NCBI RefSeq assembly: GCF_031769215.1
Contig: NW_026782361.1
Location: 744,001-808,000, forward strand
DNA length: 64,000 nucleotides
Direction: 5' to 3'
Source: Ylistrum balloti
Lineage: Eukaryota
A program made the translations under genes and the position numbers. The notes under the pieces are model-generated. The model made no database searches and was not told the origin of the DNA. It was given only the letters and a program-made list of their open reading frames with translations. This document shows, piece after piece, positions 26,634-41,310 of the stretch (position 1 is the first letter of the stretch; every line of letters starts with the position of its first letter).

Positions 26634-29600
26634 TCACTTTGACCATTTGCCATAGCCAGGTCGTATACCACGATAATTGATCACCTCCACAACAACTCCA
26701 TGTTTGAATTCATTCCACTCTCGCTTCAATTCTTGATGCATATATTCATCTTGGATGTTATCCTGAAAAAAATAATGAGTTTTTATACAGGACTTGGGAT
26801 TCTATAGACAAACAAACAGTAATAATATAATATATAACAAACATACACCAGGTACAGTCAGACGTAAACTTTACACGTCACTTTAAATTAACTGATAAAA
26901 TGTTGTACAAGTAAATAAAGTACTTCATAATGCTGGAAATCTTATTGTAATTAATCCTCGTTAATTTTATAGATGACAAAATGTATCAATTATTACATCA
27001 AAATAAGGCATAAATGTTGCCAATTCTGTCTATTTTATGTGAATTCCTTGCCATGCAGTAACAATAATACAGGAGTGAATCTTACCTTTGATAGTTCACC
27101 AAATGTCCTCACATTCGATTGCTTAAATAGTTGGATTGTCACTTCATCTAGCTCTGCAAGGAAATTTACATACAAATATTAATCTAAATATAAGTCACCA
27201 TAATTATTTTAGAAAATTAAAGTGTAGGATGCAGGTCACACTAAAGAATCTAAAACACTACAATGTTCTTCCACTATATCAGATCTTTATGAACTGTCTG
27301 TATATCTCAGCACATCATGATTTGGCCCTGGGGTCACATATAGCAGTTGTACACTGAAGGTCAAAGGACGATGGCTTTCATGCTTGTTCTACCAATAATG
27401 TTGGAACAATACTGTTCTTTTCTCCTATTCTATGTTAAGTGCATAGCACTCTGTATGGATTGTCAAGCATACTTTCCATTAGAAACCTCTCTATGTAATT
27501 ACACATTAGTGTACATTACTTACCTTCTATTCTCTCTGGCTTTATTATACCCATTTGTACAGTGGATGCTGTCACTATGGAGCAGGTGATTGGCTCGTCC
27601 AGGAGAATACTCAGCTCAGCGAAAGATTCAGAATCATTGAGCTTTCCCATCACAACTTGTTTGGTTCTCTTCTCCTGGATCATGTAAAGTTATACACTTA
27701 CAGAGATGAAACTAAGAATCAATTAATGCAGCTAATTTACCTTTGGTTAATCAATTAATCTGAATAAACATTACATTAATTACCTAGTACCTCTGTGTAC
27801 ACCTCACAAACAGCAACCAAAACTGACACTAGAGTATTTTGGTTTAACCACTATAAATAGAGGCTTTTGGTTTTTTGATGTTAAAAATAAGTATTTCTAA
27901 AGTGATTTGGTTTGATATTGTTGTGTTATTAAAATTAGTTAATTAACCTCTCAAGGTAGAGAGACTATTGAATGGATGGCAGCGTCGGATATCAATATTG
28001 TTGTGTTATTGAAATTAGTGAATTATTTTCTCAGGGTAGAGAGACTAAAGAGTGGATGGCAGTGTCCGATATCAATGTGACATTTTCACTTGGTCCGTAA
28101 ATATCGACAGAATTTCAGATGTTATCTATCTACCGACCTTGAGTTCATTTAAAAAACGGACAGAAAGAACCACTGGTACAGTCATGAGTACATGTTTAAA
28201 GAACCCATTAAAATGAAGTTGTGACTCCTTAGAGTTTAGCCCTCAGTCTTGAGAAACAAACACTGTATCGTCTGTTGTCACATGAAATAAATGTGAGAGT
28301 GATGTACATTTTGTAAATGAACTTTGCTAACTGAATGAACAACAACACCAAAGAATGAGGTTCCTTCATTTGTATCAAAATAGTGAAAGGTGACATTCTA
28401 ATGACTGTCACCTTCATCAGACAAATGACCAGCACAAAGCATACAGTAACGTATGGAGTTATGAGGTGGTAAGGAACCAACACAACTTTTTCCGTTGTAA
28501 TCCTATTTACAAAATGGTAGAAAATAGCGAGACGAGATTGTTGAAAAATCCTATACAAAATAGTAACAATGTATTGTAGTCTATTTGGATACCCTTTGAT
28601 AAACACTTGGTAATGCTTGGTCGCAATAAATTGTTACAGTTCGACTACGTTTCGTTTAACACTTAAATATAGTAAACTTTGTTGTCAGTTAAAGTAACTC
28701 ACCCTTCGTCCATTTTTGTCTGACATGACTTCTACTTGACGGAGAACATGACACTCCCCAGATTTAATAAATCCTATGTATGGTGCCTTGTATCCCTCAC
28801 TGGCAACAACTGTAACATACAACATGTAACAATGTCAAACTTCACTAAAAAAACTTCAACAAGAGGTTCATAGGGCATGTATCCTTCACTGGAAAAAAAT
28901 AGTACCATTCAACAGCTAGCAATGTTACTTTGATCAGATTTGTTTTTGATATTAAAAAAAAGATCTCTGGAATTTTTTAATTTGTTGGAAGTATTTTTCC
29001 TGAAATTACATATTCTTATAATGGATAAAGGCATTTCTTTGATTTATAAGACCTATTACATATTTATTTAATAGTGTGTTATGAATATACTAGTACTGTA
29101 TAGGGGCCATTATTTGCTTTCTTTCCAGCATAGCGTGAACTTATCAGTGTTGTGTAGACACAGTACTGTATACTTACTGGTGTTGGGAGGACATGATATC
29201 CACTCGATCAATTCAGCCACCTGTAATAGAGGTTGTCGGGGCCAGAGTTTGTACTGTCCACAGGATAACAGGAGATTTACTTTCTCTGTGTGTTCCCTCT
29301 GCTTGATTTGCTGTAAATGAAATAAATCTTTATAAATATTGCCATCAATGATAAACATCTCTGCATGATGAACAACTGTATGATAAACATCTCTCTAGGA
29401 TGAACATTTGTGTAATGAATATTAATGTGTGATGAACAATTTATACATACTAAACACTGCTGTCTATACAATAAACATTTCAACAAAGTGTTATTTCTCA
29501 CCAATGATAAAATGTACCATAAAACAATACCGTTGGTAAAGACTCACATCAATGATTCTGTTGTAATCTGCTGAGGAGATCTTCATAAATTCACAGTTAG

Positions 29601-32600
29601 GTTCATTGGTTATAACACTAAATGGTCTGTACAAAAGAAAAAATATGATTGCTACGGTCAGTCATTTAAACTTTTACTGTATACTGAATCAGTTTGAAGG
29701 GTAAATCAGTTATACAATGATATTTGTGAATAAAATCTGCCACCTAAATTGATATTGAAATAAGATCAGTTCTGTGTCTGATATTATTAGAATTTTATAA
29801 CACTGATACATATAATGTTAAAATTGAAAAAGTTACATTCTTAACTAATCATGCTGACATATTTTTCACACTTTACACTTATTGTTAAGAGACAAATTGA
29901 GAAAGTTTCAATGTGATAACCATTTTACAAATGCTTGTTTTATTGAATGATAAAGTTCTCATATGTATAGGATGACAAAGTGCTTGTACAATCTCACACT
30001 ATCTTACTTATTGCCTTTGTCGTCTTTATCACGCTTTCTCAGTGTCCCAAACATGTCCCCTACTCCAAGCTGAAAAAAATAACCACCATCTGAATCAGCC
30101 CCTTTATATCGCTATTTGGTGGCTAGCATTTGTATCATATTTATCTGGGTAATTGGTTTCTGTATGAAAACATTGTTTGATGTTTAAATTAAAAGAGTGA
30201 ACTATGTTGCTACCTGTCACAAAGACTGAGCTGGAGGGAACTTAAACAGTATAAGAAGTCCATTGTAGAGTAGACCTGATTATATGTTATTTTTTGTGAC
30301 TTTAAGATCATTGAACCTGAAGTGAGCAGAAGAGCTGACCATCTTTAATCTTGTGTGACTTTAGGGAGAAGTTGTACTTATAGGACATTCTTAGTTGTCT
30401 GGGAGGCAACAAACACCTTTCAACAGCCACATATTGGACTGTACAAAAAAATTACTTTCAGATTTTGACAGATTGTGATATTCATTTACATATTTTCCTG
30501 GATAAAATGTGCTGCAATTTAAAACAAATAATTGATCCTTTTGAATGTTAATGACTCACAAGTAGAGCACCATCAGATTCTGTCTTGCGTGACTTGGGTG
30601 AACCAGGCTGTCCATTCTCGTTGACGTTTTCCATCTCATCCAGATAAGGATGACTGGTAGGGGAGACACTCCCTCGTAGTACCATGTACACACTAGTATT
30701 ACCATACACTGTAACCACATGTACAAGTTTATCAAATATCGTCATCACACACAAACAATACCATACAGATAAAGTTTATCAACTAGTACTAGAAATTCTG
30801 TGTGGTGTATTCATTCAGTTCTTTATCAAAAAGTATAGAGTTCAATAGCAACAACAAGCATAAATGATCAAAAAGAAAACATGTAACAATATTAATCTGA
30901 GAATCACAGACACATATACCAGTGTTTGACACAGATGCATGTACCAGTGTTTGACACAGGCATATATATCAGTGTTTGAGACAGATACATATACCAGTGT
31001 TTGACACAGATACATATAACTGCATTTGACACAGATACATATACCAGCGTTTGACACAGACATATATACCAGTGTTTGACACAGACACATATACTAGCGT
31101 TTGACACAGACATATATAACAGTATTTGACACAACCATATATACCAGCATTTGACACAGACATATATAACAGTGTTTGACACAGACATATATACCAGTGT
31201 TTGACACAGATACATATACCAGTGTTTGTCACAGATACATGTACCAATATTTCCTTCAGATACATGTACCAATATTTCCTTCAGATACATGTACCAATAT
31301 TTCCTTCAGATACATGTACCAATATTTCCTTCAGATACATGTACCAATATTTCCTTCAGATACATGTACCAATATTTCCTTCAGATACATGTACGAATAC
31401 ATCTTAATCATACCTGAAAATCCAGGGTCCTTCCATTGCTCACACACTGCGACAACACACAGCTCTTTAAGGACTGCAGGTGGGAATTTATCACGGAAAA
31501 AATCCATTGTTTTCAAGATGGAAAACATTTTGTCATTTTCTGATGCTGTCCTTTCAAATGGTCTGAACAAAAACAGATGTTCATAAAGCATTAAAAGGTG
31601 ACTAAATAGTAATGAGCACATTCATAAGAATAAAAATTCTACAACAATGAATTATTTCAACAGCTGTTGTTATTATTACCGTACATAAAAAACACAAATC
31701 CTTTCAAAGATTGTAGCATTTGTTAACTTACATTAACAAAGCAAATAAGAAGTAGGAGATATTCTGCATTGTTGTTGTTCTAAAGTTGTATTTTAATTTT
31801 TCTTTGATGAATATTGAAATGGAATTCAACTGCAATCAATATATTTCACTCACAATTTTTTCAGTAGTTTCCGAAGTGTTCTCATGTTGGATCTATAAAT
31901 AGCCTCTGGATGTTCACTCTGGCGTTGTTTGTGCAACAAAGGGAGATAATCTCTAATATCGTATGTTATTTTATCTACAGGGTACAATTTCCTGGTTAGC
32001 ATCTTATCAGCCTCAGTTGTCTTTCCTGCAAATAAAATTATGATATTCAAACTGAAATCAATTTACATTTCTGCAGTCAATTATTCTTGACAAGACAGTC
32101 AGTACATGTACTGATCCTATAAAAAGATTTATCAGTGCACCATGTAGTCCTGCATTCATGTTCCTAAATTTTCAGTCTGACAACAACAATTTACATTTTC
32201 TTCATTTTCGCAAATCTTCAAAACTGTTGTTTTTCACAAAATCATGTTCCATTTATCGAAGCTAATTCCTCAAATTAAGAATTCCAGCAGCGATTTGTTT
32301 TAGATCTTCAAGAACCCTTGGGATTTACCTGTGGCTCTGTGAGTGACTGTTGATAATGTGGATTTTTGCTGTTCACTGAAATACAACATAAATAGCCATC
32401 AAATCGTTTAGAAATTTAACAAAAAAATACAAGTGTTGACATTTAGGTGTTGAAAACAATTCCAAAAGTAAAGTGACCATTTCATTTATTCAACTGATGA
32501 ACTAGGAATTGTCAATACCATGAATTACATTAAGGCCAACAATCTAATTATGTTGATCCATTGAGAAATAGGAAGTTATTCTAAATTAGAATGGCTGAGT

Positions 32601-33832
32601 TTGCAAAAAGAAAATTTGACTGAAATACAATACAAGGGTACATTTCTTTGATTCCATCCTCATATTCGAGTTTTTGTGGCAAAACTTGTTCATAATAATA
32701 ATCATAATCTGTTGAAAACTAAATCTTGATATATATTTACAGTCTTTTGGCAGCATGGACTGGAAATCCAGTTTTTTTCTCTGGTTTGACAAACATATGA
32801 TGATAACTTTTCATGAATACTTCATGAGCATCTTCTGTAGATTCTGTATAGTCTCTGAAATGTAGTTTAGAAAATATTTTTCAACATTTGAAATACATCA
32901 AACAATATGTAATGATACATGCAGACAATTCTAATGTGTTTAGCTGAAATGTGTTTAAATGTCACCTTTATCAGTTCAGTGATAAACCAGTTTCTCCTAT
33001 ATTCTATGTTATATGAGGACTTGTTCAGTAGAGTGAAACAAAATCAACAACAATAGTGGTTATCAATATTGACTTTGATCTTAAAGGCATACAGCACATC
33101 ATGTGGTTCTATAAATTTCACTTCAAAAATTTCAAAGCACTTTTTATTTTTATGGATCGAAATGAAATGTATAATAATTGAGAATTGATTTTTTTTTTGT
33201 TGAACTAGTGGAATAGCATAATTATATTATCCTTTTTGTCCACAAATATAATTATAAGTGGAATAATATATTATCATAATTAACAGATATAAGCCCATGT
33301 CTGGTGATAAATCCGGTCATTTATGTAACACATGGAGACTGAGGTAATATATTCATACAAGTTAAATACATGTATGGCATCCTTACCTTCCTTTTAGTCC
33401 TTCCAAATTATTCAGCCACTTTAATTTTTCATAGTCGATTGTTGGAGGCTTTTCAGTGAGATTTGGCACTACCAAGTCAATCAAAACAATAATGAATAAT
33501 CAAACAAAGTGAAAATGTCCAAGGATCCTTCATTCTTACTGTTCATAATATACATAACACGGGAAAATGTTGTCAATAGAATATAAATTGAATTGATCTA
33601 GTCTATAAAAGAAGCAGCTAAATTGAAAACTTTATCTGGTGGACATTTAAGCTATGTTGAATTGCTATGACATTTAACATATTACAAGAGGTCATACATT
33701 AAAATCACACACGTTTGGAATATCTGTAAAATGAATGCAAATATATAACTTACAATTGTTCTTTTTACTGTTTGTATGATCTCGTCCCCATGCTGGACGC
33801 CTGAGTGTGTTTTCAAGCTTCACAAGTGCCAT
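26634..33832 (-). CDS. CNBD1: Cyclic nucleotide-binding domain-containing protein (CNBD1-like), 14 exons, 506 aa
   Basis: Exons (-): 33832-33754, 33468-33387, 32854-32741, 32375-32329, 32025-31854, 31562-31414, 30708-30560, 30069-30008, 29626-29548, 29310-29178, 28809-28703, 27674-27524, 27153-27086, 26762-26634 (1521 nt, consistent phases). cNMP-type motifs: VYMVLRGSV, GDMFGTL, FSVITNEPNCEFMKI, YIGFIKSGECHVLR, MGKLNDSESFAELSILLDEPITCSIVT. Colinear with my recollection of vertebrate CNBD1; orthology versus CNBD2 is not tested. Confidence 0.88.
27911..28078. repeat. ~79-bp tandem dimer in a CNBD1-like intron
   Basis: ATATTGTTGTGTTATT...GGTAGAGAGACT...GGATGGCAG...GATATCAAT occurs twice. Confidence 0.8.
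30905..31395. repeat. 25-bp minisatellite with two subtypes, just after the CNBD1-like exon-6 donor
   Basis: GTTTGACACAGACATATATACCAGT (~13 copies, 30905-31240), then CAGATACATGTACCAATATTTCCTT (~6 copies, 31232-31395). Confidence 0.93.
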
Positions 33833-34136
33833 CGTAATTACTTTTATCCGTATTTACAAAGATTATGAGAGTTTTATGCTCAATTAATTATCAACGGGCA
33901 CCTGTTCATGTCACCGCCATATTGTTTACATTCGTAACACCGCTGAGCAACAGACCGTAGTTTCGTATCAAAGATTTATCTTTTTTTTTTGTAAAATGTA
34001 ATGGTAGTAATGCACTTGTTGAAAAGATATTTAAGGTATTTAATGTGAAAAGTATGTTTTCTTGATAATTTTAAAATATGGAAGAAATCCGATAATCAAA
34101 ACCATAATAAATATAGCTTTACTTATTTTAATAACA
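33833..34136. promoter_or_regulatory. Bidirectional promoter between CNBD1-like and ZFAND1
   Basis: Divergent ATGs are 304 nt apart; the region retains CpG; there is a YY1-like CCGCCATATTG at ~33915. Confidence 0.7.
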
Positions 34137-37100
34137 ATGGCGGAATTTCCTGACTTAGGGAAACACTGTAGTTTACAATCTTGTAAACAATTAGGTATTG
34201 AAATATATTTCAGGTGATCTGTAATCTTAAATGATATAAGGCACACTGTAGGTCCTATTCCGTTTCGTGTAAAAATACCACATATTCCTTATGTATTGTT
34301 CCTGGCTGATCGTTAGCCTATACGCCTTTTGCTGTATGTAGCAGACGACAGGATCTGTAACCAGTGTAGAGATGACCACATATAGTAATAAATTCCAATT
34401 TTTTACATAGGCATTTTCTATGATTATAATGGGAAGGCATTTTTTGAAAATGAAAACACAAATTGAAACCTGTTACCTATCACTTGTTACTGCATCCTGA
34501 TGCATGTGCTCTTGAACTATTAAAGATATTATTGGTTTGGTGGGTGACAAAAATCAGGCGACTGACAATGTCTTGCGTCACTCTAATCCATGATATTTAG
34601 AAGAAATTATTTTGATTCTTGTTTTAAACATTTTGTACATATAATATGATTGTTGATTCACTATTTCAGATTTTCTACCCTATGATTGTGACGGGTGTGG
34701 AAAAACGTTTTGGTAAGAATTAGGAACAAGTGAACTTCACTGCCTGCTATTTATATACAATGTATATATACCGATATACATATAACACTGTTTTTTTTGT
34801 AAGCCAAAATACATTAGAATTATAAAATGTTTGTAAAGTATCAATAGATGAATATTCTTTGATTGCATTGTGTAAAGTTTGTACTTGCAACCAAAATAAA
34901 TTTCACTGCCATCAAACACTCAGTAGTGGCTTTGTTGAAACATAAATGACAAGATGATTATAGCACATGAAAAGGTCGAAGATTCATAGAAAATATTGCT
35001 TTGTAAATGTGGTAACTTTGGTTTTGTTGGCCAGAATGGCCATTAAAATCAAACTTTATTTTCATGGGGAGGATTTGCTTTTTAATGATAAATGGCTATG
35101 TCTTTTTTCTTTATAGTGGTGATCATAAATTTCCAGACAACCACAAATGTGATCAGGTAGATATATATTGCACTGCCATACTTGCCAACTTTTATAGATT
35201 TTCATGAGGAAGATTTTACCTGCTCAAAATAAGAGCATAGGTGAAATGTGTGTATATGTATATTACCCTTTAGTAAAGAAATAACACTTGTCACTTGTAT
35301 TTTTTGTGTTGTTCACTCAAATGAAATCATAATAAGATCATTGCTCTAAGGATAGTATAGCAAATTCATTAAAAAATAGCAAAATTAGGGGTTCAAAATC
35401 AAGAGTAGCCCTCCTAAATAGGAAGGGTTGGCCAGGTATCATCTATGTTAAGCTTTTCTTACATATTAAAGATACTTGCTTGATGGACAATTTGGTCAAA
35501 ATTTATTGGGGAAAACAGGAATTTGAAACAGTTTCATCTTTAATAATGATAATATAAATGTGATTACCGGTAGAAGAAAAAGGATGATACAGTTTTACCA
35601 TTTTTCCATGAGATTCTGGAAAGAAAAAGATTAAAGATTAAACTGAATCTTCACTACAATTTGAATGCATGTTGTGCAAGGTTTATTCATCCTTGATACT
35701 ACTGGAGCAAAAGTGATAGATTCCCCTGGAGTATCGAGGATGGGTTTACTTGATTCCTTAACTGTTTTTGCATTACCATTATCTTCTATAAAAGATAAAG
35801 TTGTGTGACAAAATTGATTTTTTATGAATTTATCTAATGATTTATTCTAACTGCTCATATTTGAAATTGTGTCAATAACTATAAGTAAAGTACTTTAAGG
35901 TTTTATCTTATGAAGGTATTGCTTCACAGGTGAACAAACATACAGCCTCAGGAGATTACAGTGGGGACAAAAGCTACAGTTGTACGTTTGAAGGATGTCA
36001 AGGACGGGAATTGATGAAAGTTACTTGCATGGAATGTGAGAAAAATTTTTGTTTAAGGTAAGTTAGTTTGTCTGTACATCTGTCTGTCTATATATCCTTC
36101 TGTCTGTCTGTCCAATTTAAGTTTTTAACTGATGAAGTATTTACTTACCAAATTTTTAAACTTTGGTCAAGATGTTCAGTTCATACAAATGCATACTGAG
36201 GTAAAAAATTATTGTCATTAAAAGTTATGTGATAAGAAAATATACAGGTATATTCCGTGTTTCTTTGTGATGATTTGAAATGGGATGGATGTATATTGTT
36301 CTACCCTTATTATTAATTTCAAATGTTTGACAAATTTATTTACTCTCAGACTGACTAAAAGTTTTGCATTAACCAATCAAAGACTTATCTCCTACATATC
36401 ATCATCTGCTGCCGTGACATGGTTTTCTACTAGTTTTTTCCCAAATAATTGCTCTTTATTCACTAGTCTGTGGCATGATATTTAGTTTATCCATTTTTTT
36501 CTTTAAACATTCATGATACACATAGGTTCATAGATCATTAAAAATCATGTTTAAAAACCTAAGGTCATATTTTTAACACTTCGAAATATTTGTACATTCA
36601 AAGTTATTAATATTATAGACTTCAACAGCACTCTCAGATGTTGGAGACTTTACTGTACTCTCATTCATCAATAAGAAGGTCATGTCTCCATATCCATTCA
36701 GAATGTTAAAGTAAATAGTGGTTAATAGGTAATATTATGTATAGAACATAATAGCATTTATATGATATTGAATTTATTGATTGCTTATTTTCAAATCTTT
36801 TTTCAGTCATCGTCATCAATCTGATCATAATTGTGAAAAACTGGAAATTAAAGAAGATAAAACAAAAACAGCTGAACATGTTCGTCAGATCATTGGTGAG
36901 TGATCATCTTTCTATATTTTTTGTTCTGGTATTACCCACGTAAATCTAATGCAGTCCATCTGGGATTATGATATTATTGAACAGGTAGTAACAAAGTTCC
37001 TCTTCAAGTTTGTTGTAGTTTTCATTTTTTTTTCTTTATTTTCTTTACAGCATCAAAACCAAACAAAGATTCAGGTATGCGTTCCAAGGGAGGTAAGTCA

Positions 37101-37974
37101 AGCAAGACAGCAGCAAAAGTGGCTTTGATGAAGTTGAAGATGCATGCTGTTGGTGATAAGGGCATTCCACAGGACAGCAGAGTCTTCTTCTTGGTTCACC
37201 TTCCCAAGGACACTAAACCCAAGTCCAAAGCTATGTTCTTCTCCAAGGTGAGATGAAAGTAGGATTGTATACTTTTTGAGGCATAGGAATATAAAAAATT
37301 GGAAATATGGCAGACTACAATGTGATTTTTATTACAATGTGTTCAACTAAGAGTTTAACAAACTATTAATTCATATTGTTTTATAAACTACTCAATGCTA
37401 ACAAGGGAGATCATCTGTGAAGAAAAAAGAGCCCAGTTTTTAATCATGACTTTTCGCAAAAATAAATGCTGAAATATGATATTTCATCTAAAGAAATTTA
37501 TGGGATGAAAAGTTTTTTGAAGATGATGACCATGATTTGGATGTTATCAGTATTGCTGCTGTTGTATTACAGACTTGGACCATAGGAAGAGTGATTGACA
37601 GTGTTGCTGATTTTAATAAGATTGTGAACTCTAACAACACAGGTAGTGAAAAGGTAAGGACAACTAACATTTCATCATTACAAAAGAACTTTGACATCAA
37701 TAATGTGACTCTACAATCAAATAGAGGCTATGTCTTGCTTTAATTTGAAGGATTAATTAAGATTTTGATGATGAATTCTTGTTTTACTCTTGAAATCCTA
37801 TTGTTACAGAAGTTACGGTTATTCCTGCATGACTGTGGGGTGTTGCTGGATACTACTGCATCCCTAGAGCTCTGCCTGCAGAAAGAAACTTTATATAATG
37901 GCAGCTCAGTTATTCTGGAGAGTGTACACTCAGACTGTTCTCAAATACACAATTTTAAAGACTATAAATCCTGA
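34137..37974 (+). CDS. ZFAND1: AN1-type zinc finger protein 1, 8 exons, 266 aa
   Basis: Exons (+): 34137-34194, 34670-34712, 35117-35156, 35930-36057, 36807-36895, 37051-37247, 37573-37653, 37810-37974 (801 nt). Two AN1 fingers ([65 protein letters not shown]) and TAAKVALMKLKMHAVGDKGIP...LYNGSSVILE. Confidence 0.96.
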
Positions 37975-40900
37975 CAGGAATTTTTTGTTATTAAATCTAG
38001 TTTTTATAAATATTTGTTTGTCTTGTTCTTGAAAATTAAAAAATATAAGTTTCTCGCATGGAATTAAATTAATTAATACAGCACCCGTCAATTTTCATTC
38101 AAGGAATTCAAAACAGCATACAATCACCAAAATGTGTCTCTGGCATCTAAATAATCCAGCAGTATGAAATGGTCTGGTGTTGATATACCATTCAAGTGTG
38201 ATGGCTTCATGGAATGAATATTATAAGAATTGTAACATATATTGGAAGTGCAATAGAGCAGTCATCCATTTAATTGCTGATCATTTGCAAGGTGAAAACT
38301 TGACACTAAATCACACAGTCACAGAAAATCTGAAGGGTTGAAACCTCAGAACTAGAATCCAAAGCCCTAAACAAATCTAGAGGAACCTTGAGCTTCTAGT
38401 ACAAGTGTGACATGCATTGAAGGTCCAACCAAGTGGTCATTCATCTAATATTGACTACACTAATGTTACTTTACTTTGGTACATGAATACAACATTCAAT
38501 TGGATAGCCAATTAAGCTAGCTTTTGGACTCTGTAGCTGAAATCGTATATCCATGAACAATTACAGAGGCAAATAACATAATTAAAACAACCTCCAGGGT
38601 CAATGATTTCTGGGGGAAAATTCCACAAGGTCCAGAGTGATGATATCTTTATTCTGGTTTGCTGGTATGAGGGGCTTTCAAATCTGCATGGAAACAACAT
38701 CACTCTCCTTCCTAGGTCACATAGGTTCAAACAACTTCTAAAGATCTTACCATCCTAAAGTCATTAAGTCAACCTCGTTTCATGTTCATGTCAAAATCAT
38801 TCATTTTCATGGGGGATTTACCTTTGTTAATGTCCTCCTGGGTTCTCTTAAATTCACCAATTTTTATGTCTATGAACTGTGAGAATAAGTGCAAGGAGAC
38901 TGAATAAACTTAATTTATTCACAAAATCAAGTAATAATGAAATATTGCATCTTCCTTAAAAAACCTGAAAATTGACACCTTCCCCTCCCCTTTTCCCTTC
39001 TTTTCTTATCCAAGAATTCCTCTCCAGAAATAGCAATAATAATTTTCAGCTGTCAAATGAAAGATGGTCGCCTGTCAGTATTTTGTTTTTGTGACAGTTC
39101 TAAAATCATCAAGGGCACAAGAATAGACCAAGGGAAACCTACATATAAAATCTGAGACAGATCCATACAGTACCTAAGAAACAGTGATAACCTTCCAATA
39201 AACTTACAATATCAAAATGTTTGATTCTGAGATCAGACTAAAAATTGCACAACTAGGGACAGAGAGGAACCTACAAAATCCAAGATGGCCAGTTTTCAGC
39301 CATGTTTTTTTTTCAGATCAGTCTGAATATTGGACATTGTGCAACTTGGTACTAAGGGGAATGTACATAAGAAATTTGAGAAAGATCTATCTAGTACTCT
39401 AGAAACAGGGATAATAAACTATCACTGTCAAAATCCAAGATGGCAAATACTCCAGAAATATGAAGAGAAAATTAATCACAACATACTAGCACATTAATTG
39501 TAGTTTGGTGTTTAACCTGTCTACTAGTTTTGCCTTTATCACGGAGGCTTTATCGAGGGACATTTTGCTAGCAACAACCCCCTGAAGTACTCTTCAGGAG
39601 GAAATTTCTTATTGTTAACAATGACTTAGTGTACAAGGGACAGTTTTCAATGGCAGGTAAGTGCCTTGATGTTCATGCAATTCACGTTTTTTAAAAAAGA
39701 TTGCAGCAGTTATTGATTTTTCCAGAAAGCTACAAGAATTGTTCAGATCCAGATGATGGACTGACCATTGACGCAGGGCGATTTGAATAGCCCAACATCT
39801 GATGAAATAATGAAAGCTACTCCGTTTACACGACATGGAATGCCTTTCCATTAAAACAACTAAGAAATACCAAAGTCAATGAAACTAAGTAGAAATATGG
39901 TAAAAAAGATTTATACAGACCCTATAACTTGCAGGAGTGTTAGATGTCTTTTGCTTCATAGACAATACCTGCCATGTAAATATTGTTCAATCCAAGAAAG
40001 TGACCTTCCCATTTGAAAGCAAAGTTAATAATCCTCTCCACTGAACACCTTTCATTTACTGATATTTCTTGCTAAATAACAACTAGTAGTAACAATATGA
40101 ATAATGATAATTAGCAAAATAAAGACATTCTGGATTAGTAGTGTATATCAGAAAAGATTAACTGTGATGCTCTTTTTGCCAAGTGAGGTGGTCATGTACA
40201 CAATAAGGTAAATACATGGAATAAATCAAAACACCAGACATTGTTTTCCTCCAGGTTAAGTTTATTGTTTAGAAGATTTTGTATTAGCATGTAAATATTA
40301 CCTGCCTTTTAACATGTGTCCTGTAAACAGAACAAATATCCCATTACCACTTGTAAAACAATGTTCTAAATCAACCTGACATTAATAAATGATAAATGAA
40401 AATCTATTTGATTCTCTGGAAAATCTTGTCATCGTCCATTGTCAAACTTGGACATTAACAAATGTCCGCTTGTTTTTGCAGTATCCTTCTTTTATAAAAG
40501 TTTTTATGTACCATCTGTAATACTTCTTACTCAAATATAAAAGTAAGCACTAATAATATCAACTATCACAATACTGTCTGGACCAGAAAATAAACATTTC
40601 TATAAAGCACATTGATGAACTACTTATTTACATTTTATTTCATATTCATTTTGTGAATTAGGCTGTGTTCTACAGAACTAAAGTATTACATTACTGAATA
40701 TTTTTCAAATTTGCCAATACATTTCTGTGACTTGAGAAAAAGGCTGTATCCTACAGTGCCATGAAAAAAATAAATATTTTTATAACTGGTCTACACATTT
40801 CTGTGACTTAATTGTGAATCTTGAGGCTGTATCCTACAACGGTCATACTCCAAAGGTAGCATAGTAATACCTGTAAGTAATGGTCATACTCCACAGGTAA

Positions 40901-41310
40901 CAAAGATTTGTCTACAGTTTCAAATGAAACATTCACTCGGGTAACAGTACGTTTCCTAAATTTTGGAATTTTTTCTATTATCATCTTGATAACATTCCAA
41001 GATCAGTATTTTAAACAGTGTAACTCTACTAGTAGAAGTATTTCTGTAAGGCAACCTCAAATGAAAGTAAACTAATCTATGGTAGGTAAAAAAACTTCAG
41101 TGACAAACAGTTGTGACAAACTGTCTCATAAAGGGGTTAAGAATAGGTTTCTTTTATTAAGTGGAAGATCAAGACAACCAAAAATATGGAGACATATATA
41201 AATACAACTGTACCTCAATCATGTGAACATGTTATGTACAGAAACTGTACATCAACCCTGTATCAAAAGTACAGAAACTGAACTTCACCAATCCTGTATC
41301 AAATTAACAA

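Noticed and set aside
28703-28726. Apparent separate first exon ATGTCAGAC...AGG|GTGAGT
   Set aside because: It is the 3' end of CNBD1-like exon 11 (28809-28703), in frame with both neighbouring exons.
30842-31586. Cys/Tyr-rich repetitive ORFs
   Set aside because: Translations of the 25-bp intronic array; only the part overlapping exon 31562-31414 is coding.
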